Assembly (NCBI GenBank): GCA_965279515.1
Contig: CBDIID010000002.1
Span: 1-19,790 of the forward strand
DNA length: 19,790 nucleotides
Direction: 5' to 3'
Source of the DNA: Turneriella sp.
GTDB lineage: Bacteria > Spirochaetota > Leptospiria > Turneriellales > Turneriellaceae
The notes under the pieces are model-generated. The model was not told where the DNA came from, did no database searches, and worked only from the letters and a program-made list of their open reading frames with translations. The first letter of the stretch is position 1, and each line of letters starts with the position of its first letter. Positions 1-6,541 of the stretch are shown piece after piece. The position numbers and the translations under genes are program-made.

Positions 1-587
1 TACAGAAACGATTGTGAAAGATCGTAGCGTCGTTGGGAATATTATCCAGAGTTGGCTTGAAACGTGGCTAAAATCAAAATCAATATCGTTTGATAAAAAC
101 CCCAATACTCAGGAGTCCCCGGACTTTTATCTTAATCCATCGGATAAAACGAGAGACCTACTCGAAGTGAAATGTTTTTATAAGAGCGCCAATTTTGATG
201 TGGGGAACTTCTTAGGATATTGTACGGAACTTGAACAGGCGCCGTATAAGCTGGGTGCTGACTATTTAATATTTTCGTATGCCATGTCGAGCGCTGGCGT
301 AGTATCTATTAAAGATATCTGGTTTGAAAAAGGTTTGGGAAATTTGTGGCCCCTCTGGGTCACATAAAATCAAGGTACAGGCAAAAAAAGGAGCCATAGT
401 TAATATCCGGCCTGTTTCTTGGTACTCTAATAGACCTGAATTCGCACCCTTCAATAATCAACTCTTATTTTTAAAGGCATTGAACGATACTTTGAGAATA
501 AGCACGGGAAATCATTTGTATGCTGCAGGTTGGCTGAAAAAAGTCCAGTCAGGCTACGAGACGTTTTCTGGCGTAAAGCTGACCTAG
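1..587 (+). pseudogene. 5'-truncated, frameshifted copy of the NlaIV/NgoBV-like restriction endonuclease
   Basis: Same sequence as 6628-7213 but reads GGTTTGAAAA at 321-330 where the other copies read GGTTGAAAA, splitting it into ORFs 14..367 and 324..587. Probably a consensus error. Confidence 0.75.
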
Positions 588-1892
588 AGAACGTAAGGAT
601 AGCTCTTTAATAACAGTGACTATTACGGTGTTACCAAGTAAGTCGAAAGCCTCATCATATTTTATCCCATCGATTTTGTAACTTTCTGGGAATCCAGAGA
701 GTCTAAGCCCCTCCCGCACCGTTAGCCGCCGCAGCCCATTCTTATCCGGGACCGCCATCCGTGTTACATCTGTTGCAACTAATGTCGGAGCAATGTCGTT
801 AGGGTCTAAAATTTTACTAATTTCGAAGCTAAGTTTTCCAGTAACTATATTATATCCTTTTTCTTTATCTTTGGCGTACTTCCGCTCTTCAAACACTTTT
901 CCATCAGCTGTTTTTTGCGTTACCACATCTTTGGGATGTTCAAATGTTAGGTAGCCCTTTTTAACTAGATCATCCAACATCTCTTTTAACTTAGAGTGCG
1001 GGTAAAAAGTTTTAATTTCTCTTAGAGTAAGGGGCATTCCATCCATCCATTTAATGCCCTTGGATTCTGCCCATTTCTTTTGTCGCCTCTGTTTGAGTAA
1101 GGCCGAGAGAAGTTTGCGCTGTTCTTTTGTTGTTTTACCTTTGATTTCGATGTCCCAGCTATGGATATTATTATCCCCGCCTCTTTTGTCTTTGATGCTT
1201 TTTCCGTGCAGTTCTCCCAACGTAAAATGCTTTAATAGCTTATCTACAAAGGGTGACTCCATACATTTTAGATCTTGCTCTAGGACAGAGGATAGTTTGC
1301 TTCTCTTCAGCAGAAAATTATCTAGAGAAAGTTCCTGTGTTTTCGAGCCAATAATGTAAATTCTTTTTCTATTCTGCGGCACACCGAAGTCGCTGGCGTT
1401 TAGTACTTTCCAAGAAACGTAGTAACCAAGGCCAGTCAGTTTCTCTAGAATAGTCTCTAGTGTTCTGCCGTATGGCGCAGATCTATCTAGTTGATCGTGG
1501 TTTACTAAGCCTTCGACATTTTCTAAAAGAAATCCTTGGGGCTGCTTCGCTGCAAGGATGCGCTCGATTTCAAAGAAAAGAGTCCCGCGAGTATCAAGGA
1601 AACCTTTTCTGCTCCCAGCCGCGCTAAATGCCTGACAAGGAAACCCTGCCAGCAGAAAATCAAAAGATGGTATCTCGGTTTCTTTAATCTTGGTGATGTC
1701 CCCGCAAACTGTGCTATCGGAAAAATTTTGTTGATAAACTTGAATAGCGAACGGTTTAATTTCAGACGTGAAAACGCACTCTGGTACAATTCCCATCTCT
1801 GTACAGGCGAGCTCAAAGCCTAGTCGCGTCCCGCCAATACCAGCAAAAAGATCTATAAAGCGTATTTTATTTCTTTTCATGTTTTCCGCCAT
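549..1892 (-). CDS. C5-cytosine DNA methyltransferase, M.NlaIV/M.NgoBV-like (predicted GGNNCC)
   Basis: Motifs I (FIDLFAGIGG), IV (GFPCQAFS), VI (ENV), VIII (QNRKRIY), IX (RRLTVREGLRL) and X (LGNTV). The variable region (KDKRGGDNNIHSWDIE, KKKW-like/WMDGMPLT, KILDPNDIAPTLVA) matches my recollection of M.NlaIV. The start may be 1880. Confidence 0.95.
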   Translation of the reverse strand: MAENMKRNKIRFIDLFAGIGGTRLGFELACTEMGIVPECVFTSEIKPFAIQVYQQNFSDSTVCGDITKIKETEIPSFDFLLAGFPCQAFSAAGSRKGFLDTRGTLFFEIERILAAKQPQGFLLENVEGLVNHDQLDRSAPYGRTLETILEKLTGLGYYVSWKVLNASDFGVPQNRKRIYIIGSKTQELSLDNFLLKRSKLSSVLEQDLKCMESPFVDKLLKHFTLGELHGKSIKDKRGGDNNIHSWDIEIKGKTTKEQRKLLSALLKQRRQKKWAESKGIKWMDGMPLTLREIKTFYPHSKLKEMLDDLVKKGYLTFEHPKDVVTQKTADGKVFEERKYAKDKEKGYNIVTGKLSFEISKILDPNDIAPTLVATDVTRMAVPDKNGLRRLTVREGLRLSGFPESYKIDGIKYDEAFDLLGNTVIVTVIKELSLRSLGQLYARKRLVA

Positions 1893-2010
1893 CCTTAGAT
1901 AAAGAAATATCAGCTTTTTGGCAGAGGCACCAGACTTATTTCCCCTGTTTCGGGGTCAAGGGATACTTTACGACAAGGATGAGATAACATCCGACCTCCA
2001 AGTTACCGCT

Positions 2011-2229
2011 TTAGTCGTTCTCAATTTCGATGCCGGGATATTTTTCCTCCACGGCTTTTTCAAGTTCCTCGCGGTCATAGTCTGATAACTCTTCAACTAT
2101 CTCAGACCTTTCCTCGTCGCATATAGAGGCGATGAAAAAGGTGTTCATCTCTCGATCAGGTGACTCGGAGATATATGCCTTAAAGACGGTCTTTGGTTGC
2201 GCAGATTCCTCTGCTTTATCTATCATCAT
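2011..2229 (-). CDS. Small highly acidic hypothetical protein (72 aa)
   Basis: Strong SD (AGGAGG) overlaps the rep stop codon. 22 D/E versus 8 K/R. Confidence 0.75.
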   Translation of the reverse strand: MMIDKAEESAQPKTVFKAYISESPDREMNTFFIASICDEERSEIVEELSDYDREELEKAVEEKYPGIEIEND

Positions 2230-2242
2230 CTAACTCCCCCTC

Positions 2243-2827
2243 CTATGCTTGCTGCTTTCCATCGGCATCAGAGCGCCCATCTAACCCCGGCAGCTGGGGC
2301 TGTTTGCCGCTATCCTTCAATTTGTAGCCCTTGACGAAGGCCAGACGATCGCCATTGAACATGAACCTGATATTTACAAAGAAATTCCCGTCATATGGGC
2401 TACGAAAAAGAAACTCTTTTTCCAGCAGCTCCCGTATCCCCCGCTGATATGTTCTTTCTTCGAGGTTGCTGGTTGCAGCCGCAAGGTGTACCTGATCCTT
2501 GCCGGGGTTTTCACGCACCTGCTTATAGACCAGTTCGAACACCGCCAGCCCAGCCTTAGAAAGCCCCGCTGCCTGTTTAAGGCCAGCGAAATACAGCTTC
2601 ACGAACCGTTCCTTGTCCACCTCTTCCCACTCATAGACCATCGCTCCCCCATGCCCGAGGATTTCCCCGGTGCCGTTATCCACGACCAAGCCTTTCTGGT
2701 CGTTGCCGAGCCGCGCCCGCTTCGGCTTTCTGATTTCGTTGGCATCTGGAACGCTGGGGTTCGTCTGATAAACAGGAATCCCCCTCTTTTCTTTAATAAC
2801 TGCGATGTTTTGTCGCTCTTCCGTCAT
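2243..2827 (-). CDS. repL: Plasmid replication initiator, RepL-like
   Basis: 194 aa with the pattern typical of RepL-type initiators: VVDNGTGEI, VDKERFVKLY, wHTH-like TYQRGIRELLEKEFL, FFVNIRFMFNGDRL. It sits next to a repeat array and a DnaA box. Confidence 0.78.
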   Translation of the reverse strand: MTEERQNIAVIKEKRGIPVYQTNPSVPDANEIRKPKRARLGNDQKGLVVDNGTGEILGHGGAMVYEWEEVDKERFVKLYFAGLKQAAGLSKAGLAVFELVYKQVRENPGKDQVHLAAATSNLEERTYQRGIRELLEKEFLFRSPYDGNFFVNIRFMFNGDRLAFVKGYKLKDSGKQPQLPGLDGRSDADGKQQA

Positions 2828-3008
2828 TTGTGATTCTCTTTTTTGTCGTTATAGCGACACCACTTTGGCACTAAAGCGACATATTTTCAACACAGTTTTG
2901 TCGCTTTACCGACTATTTTTGACGGAGTGCCGACAGAATCTGTCGGACGCCATTCATAAATTTCAATGGGTTAGGTATATCTCTCTTCTTAGATATAATA
3001 AACCCTTA

Positions 3009-3061
3009 TCTACCACAGCGCCGTAGCGCCCCCAAGGAGCTGGCGAAGGTGCTGTGGTGGA
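3009..3061 (+). other. Hairpin A: 14-bp stem with a 25-nt loop carrying the conserved 21-mer
   Basis: TCTACCACAGCGCC (3009-3022) pairs with GGTGCTGTGGTGGA (3048-3061), including two G-T/U pairs. Loop core AGCGCCCCCAAGGAGCTGGCG. Confidence 0.75.
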
Positions 3062-3091
3062 TTCCAATTTCCCTTTTAAGAACCTCGGCAG

Positions 3092-3100
3092 TTATCCACA
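3092..3100 (+). promoter_or_regulatory. DnaA box
   Basis: Perfect TTATCCACA next to the putative origin. Confidence 0.7.
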
Positions 3101-3445
3101 ACCCTATAAAACCGGAAAATTGCCCCTCTGGGGGGTAAGAGAGGCTCGGCAGGGCGAGCGCTAGCTGGGCTTGCAGTTCTAAGCCCCCTGCCCCGCGCTA
3201 ATGGCTTTTTAGAAGGCTTTCCGTAGGGCGAAGCCCTGCACCCGTTCGAGGGTCTTTTTGATGCGCCTGCCGCGTACCAAAGTTTCTGTTCAAGGAGGAA
3301 CAGAACCGCTATCGCTCCGCTTGTGTATTTTAGACCGTGAGCGCTTTGGCGCTACAGAGGGTCGTTTGGTATCTAGGGAGCTGCGTGTCGTGGTGCGCAA
3401 CAGACTATCAAATATAGCATAAGTACTATGAAAAGTCAAGGAAAA

Positions 3446-3865
3446 TTAGCCAAATATCCGGGCAAAAAGCCCCTTCTTTTCTGGTTTCTCCTGCCGCTGG
3501 TCGGCCAGCAGCCGAACACTTACGATTTGATCTTCCAGCAGTTTCATTGTCTTAGAGTGGTTTTCTTCTGCTTTTCCGAGCTGATCTTGCAATAAATCGA
3601 TCTGCTCACGTAATAGTTTATTCTCCGCCTCTAGCACCCTGTTATCGTTGCCGGAAACTTGCTGGATACCAGAGGAAACTGGTTCGCTCTGGTTTGTGGG
3701 TGCCTCGCTCTTAGGTGGATACACCCTGAACAATTCGGCAGGGTCTATGTCCCATTCGCCGTGGTCGTTCTTTTTAGCAGAAAGTTTCCCCTTAACAATG
3801 GCTTTCTTAATACCCGCTTTGGTCATTCCGACACGATCAGCGGCCTCTAGCAGTGATATTCCCAT
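3446..3865 (-). CDS. HTH + coiled-coil protein with C-terminal amphipathic tail (pSK1 Par/RacA-like architecture), candidate partition protein
   Basis: Start reassigned to ATG 3865 (SD AGGAG), giving 139 aa. MerR/excisionase-like HTH (SLLEAADRVGMTKAGIKKAIVKGKLSA...GEWDIDPAEL), a linker, heptad repeats, and the tail KKGLFARIFG. Confidence 0.8.
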   Translation of the reverse strand: MGISLLEAADRVGMTKAGIKKAIVKGKLSAKKNDHGEWDIDPAELFRVYPPKSEAPTNQSEPVSSGIQQVSGNDNRVLEAENKLLREQIDLLQDQLGKAEENHSKTMKLLEDQIVSVRLLADQRQEKPEKKGLFARIFG

Positions 3866-3994
3866 GTGGATACTCCTGAAACTGGTTTCCCCGCTTTTTA
3901 GGGTACTGGTTTCCACCCTTCATTGGAAGCCCCTGCCCTCGGTATGCTGCGGTTTCCACCAAGTTTTGCCCCTGAGTTTGCTTTGGTATCCACC
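3866..3994. repeat. RGTWTCC(AC) repeat array upstream of the par-like gene
   Basis: GTGGATACT 3866 (inverted), GGTTTCC 3884, GGTTTCCAC 3908, GGTTTCCACC 3951, GGTATCCACC 3985. Confidence 0.7.
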
Positions 3995-4106
3995 TGAAAT
4001 TAACCAGTCGTTAATATTTTGCCGATATTATCGCTACTCATACCCACACTCTCAGGCATCGGAATCCAGCTCGACACCCGAGCATTGTAAATTTCGGCCC
4101 CCTGCA

Positions 4107-4143
4107 AGGGCGCACTTACGCATTGCCCCCAAGAGGGCAATGC
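4107..4143 (-). other. oriT: oriT, MOBQ (RSF1010/pSC101-type)
   Basis: The minus strand reads inverted repeat GCATTGCCC-TCTTGG-GGGCAATGC, then G-TAAGTGCG^CCCT. nic predicted between 4111 and 4110. Confidence 0.9.
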
Positions 4144-4351
4144 ACGCGCGGTCAGGCGCTTCGCCCTGACAACCAGACCAAGGGGCGCGGTGCGTCCCCT
4201 TTGGAAACCCGGCCCCGGATATTTGCTTCTGGCAACTATCCCGGAGCCATGCACCCGGCGCAGCCGGGCAGGGGGATACCCCCTGAAACCCCGCCCGGTG
4301 AACGTCCTCCGATGTCGGAGCGTACCGGGCAAGAAAGACGGAGGCGCACCC

Positions 4352-5830
4352 TTGGCGATATTCCATGCCTCCGTCAGGACTATCAGCCGCGCCTCCGGGC
4401 GGTCTGCGACCGCTGCCGCCGCGTATCGGTCTGGCACCGCCATCACCGACACCCGCGACGGCCTGACCCACGACTACACCCGCAAGGGCGGTGTAGCGGG
4501 GTCATTCATCGTCCTGCCAGCCGGGGCAGGGGCTTCTGGCTTCCTCGACCGCTCTATCCTCTGGAACGCTGCCGAGGCTGCCGAGAAGCGCAAGGACGCT
4601 CGCGTAGCCCGCGAGCTGATCCTTGCCCTGCCGCACGAGCTGGACGATGAGGGCAGGGAAGCCGCCGCCAGAGACATGGCGGAATGGCTTGCCGCCCGGT
4701 ACGGGGTCGCCGTGGACGTATCCCGGCATAACCCCGACCGTCAGGGCGACACTCGCAACCATCACGCCCACCTGTTATTTACCACCCGCGCTGTGACCGC
4801 CGACGGCATGGGCGCCAAAACCCGCCAGCTGGACGACCACAAAACAGGGCCGCTCGAAGTCCAGGCCATTCGCCTGGCCTGGGAGTCGATTGCCAACGCC
4901 GCGCTCGAGCGGGCAGGGGTCGCCGCCCGCATCGACCACCGCAGCCATGAGGAACTTGGCATCGAGCTGCCGCCGCAGATTCATGTTGGTGTCCGGGCCC
5001 GCGGTATGAGCCGCCGCGGGGTGAAGCCGCGGGATAGTGTCGTGCATGTGGACTTCCGGGGCCGGGAAATAAATTATCCCGCCATCGATGCAGGCGGCAC
5101 CCGCGAAGAACACAACGCCGAGATTATATCCCTGCAGCAGTACCGCGACACCATGCAGGAGCAGCGGGAGCAACAGGCCGGGCTGCACGAAGAGGAAATA
5201 CTTGAGAACCAAATCCTTGAGCTGCAGGAGCGGGCAGGGGATCTGCACGGCGACATAACCGCCATGGAATCCATGCTCCACAGTCACCTGTTATCCGACG
5301 ACCTCCGGGCGCGTATCCGTATCGCGCTAGAAAAAGCCATTGTCGCCATCTTCTACCGCCACCAGCACGAAACCGATTATCTCCGGGCGCGGGCAGAGGC
5401 GCAGCGGCAGGAAAAGGAAATCGAGCAGAAGAAGGCTGAATACCATCGTATGCAGCAGCAGATTGTCGAGCTACAGATCCGGCAGAAAGAGCTGCAAGCG
5501 CAGTATGCCGCTAATCGGGAGCTGGCCGGCAGGGTGGAACACATGGCGGCCGCGCTGGCTCTGCCGGCCGCCGGCATTAAAATTCAAATACCGTTAACCA
5601 TACGCTTCGAAGAAGTGGCTATGCAGGGTAGGGTGCAGAAGCAGGCTACCGCCGAGCTGATACAGGCGGTAACTTCACCACCGCCCGTGGTGAGCAAACC
5701 CGCGCAAGCCACGCTTGAGCTGCGGCAGAGTGTCCTGCAGGTCAAAGAGCTGCTGGCGCGATCAAACCAACCGAAGCGGGCAGGGGCGCAGCGCGTGACC
5801 GTCACGGCTAATATTTCTATGCGGAAATAA
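4352..5830 (+). CDS. mobA: MobA/MobL family (MOBQ) relaxase with C-terminal coiled-coil extension
   Basis: Start reassigned to TTG 4352 (SD GGAGG 4340-4344), giving MAIFHASVRTISRASGRSATAAAAYRSG, 492 aa. Also WNAAEAAEKRKDARVARE, ALPHEL, the His triad H...NHHAHLLFTTR, and RIDHRS. Confidence 0.93.
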   Translation: MAIFHASVRTISRASGRSATAAAAYRSGTAITDTRDGLTHDYTRKGGVAGSFIVLPAGAGASGFLDRSILWNAAEAAEKRKDARVARELILALPHELDDEGREAAARDMAEWLAARYGVAVDVSRHNPDRQGDTRNHHAHLLFTTRAVTADGMGAKTRQLDDHKTGPLEVQAIRLAWESIANAALERAGVAARIDHRSHEELGIELPPQIHVGVRARGMSRRGVKPRDSVVHVDFRGREINYPAIDAGGTREEHNAEIISLQQYRDTMQEQREQQAGLHEEEILENQILELQERAGDLHGDITAMESMLHSHLLSDDLRARIRIALEKAIVAIFYRHQHETDYLRARAEAQRQEKEIEQKKAEYHRMQQQIVELQIRQKELQAQYAANRELAGRVEHMAAALALPAAGIKIQIPLTIRFEEVAMQGRVQKQATAELIQAVTSPPPVVSKPAQATLELRQSVLQVKELLARSNQPKRAGAQRVTVTANISMRK

Positions 5831-5880
5831 AAACCCGCCCTACGCCAGCTCCTTGGGGGCGCTCCGGGCGGGTTTTTATT
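5826..5880. terminator. Bidirectional terminator-like hairpin B with a 25-nt loop carrying the conserved 21-mer
   Basis: Perfect 15-bp inverted repeat AATAAAAACCCGCCC / GGGCGGGTTTTTATT between the convergent stop codons, with T-tracts on both strands. Confidence 0.8.
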
Positions 5881-6205
5881 ATTTACGGACGGAAGCCCTT
5901 GCGCCCTCATCCGACCACAAAAGCCGCTGACAGTCGCCGCGCTCGATGGTGGATTTTTTGCGTCGCACGTTGTCGCCGACATTGACACCGGGAGGGGCTT
6001 TAGCCCCGGCATCGAGGGAGAGGACTTCGACCGCCCGTATATGCAGCTGCAGGAAGTCTCCCAAACCCTTAACCTCCGCCGTCAGAATCTGCTCGCCTAT
6101 CTTGTCAGGCTTGCCACGCTTTTTATTTGGTGCCGACCATATCGGCTCTTTCCACTTGATAACATCTGCGACAATCGGGGAGGGGCAGGGCGTCCAAGTG
6201 CTCAT
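5879..6205 (-). CDS. Hypothetical basic protein (108 aa)
   Basis: ATG overlaps the upstream stop (ATGA at 6205-6202) and the ORF ends at the terminator. 19 K/R versus 13 D/E. Confidence 0.75.
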   Translation of the reverse strand: MSTWTPCPSPIVADVIKWKEPIWSAPNKKRGKPDKIGEQILTAEVKGLGDFLQLHIRAVEVLSLDAGAKAPPGVNVGDNVRRKKSTIERGDCQRLLWSDEGARASVRK

Positions 6206-6381
6206 CGCTGCCCACGCATAAGTTTTACCAGATCTTCCAAAAGCTCCACTATCTGCTCTTGCGCCGCCGCTATTCTTTCGATGTTAACCCCCATATCCTC
6301 ATCGGCGCTTTCTTTGGCATTGCGATCCTCTTCCCATCGTTCTTCCTCGGCCTCTGCCGCCTCATCCTTTTTCTTGCTCAT
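6202..6381 (-). CDS. Small acidic hypothetical protein (59 aa), not in the ORF track
   Basis: MSKKKDEAAEAEEERWEEDRNAKESADEDMGVNIERIAAAQEQIVELLEDLVKLMRGQR. SD AAGGA upstream and ATGA overlap with the next gene. Confidence 0.75.
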   Translation of the reverse strand: MSKKKDEAAEAEEERWEEDRNAKESADEDMGVNIERIAAAQEQIVELLEDLVKLMRGQR

Positions 6382-6541
6382 CTTTCGTCCTTATGTCCGC
6401 GCCATTCCCATGGGCTAAAAGCTGCATGGCTAATTGTCTGATAATGTATCTTCTGGGAAAAGCGTCTGTTATGCTTTGATAAGATTGATCTTGTTAATTA
6501 GACTGTTTCACAGCTTGCCGATATAGACAATAGGATTAGAA

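Larger units (their letters stand above)
2811..3100. other. Putative replication origin: palindromic iteron-like boxes, AT-rich region, hairpin and DnaA box
   Basis: TGTCG-N6-CGACA-like boxes at 2811, 2844, 2866, 2899 and 2920, with a half-site at 2941. AT-rich 2951-3005. TTATCCACA at 3092. Confidence 0.7.

Noticed and set aside
549..1892. Calling the methyltransferase dcm (CCWGG)
   Set aside because: The variable region and the partner nuclease point to the NlaIV/NgoBV type.
3119..3139. Hairpin resembling the oriT inverted repeat (second oriT?)
   Set aside because: It lacks the TAAGTGCGCCCT core, and the similarity is mostly C/G runs.
3392..3436. GGTGCGCAACA and GCATAA-GTAC-TATG as a cer/dif site
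   Set aside because: No XerD-like arm lies at a 6-8 bp spacing.
3866..3916. N-terminal 17 aa of the 156-aa ORF
   Set aside because: It runs through the repeat array. ATG 3865 has an AGGAG SD and starts at the HTH.
2811..3994. Repeat arrays as CRISPR
   Set aside because: The repeats are 7-16 bp, degenerate, have no unique spacers, and no cas genes are present.
4190..4351. N-terminal 54 aa of the 546-aa relaxase ORF
   Set aside because: MOBQ relaxases begin MAIF/YH. TTG 4352 has a GGAGG SD and the upstream part is hairpin-rich non-coding DNA.
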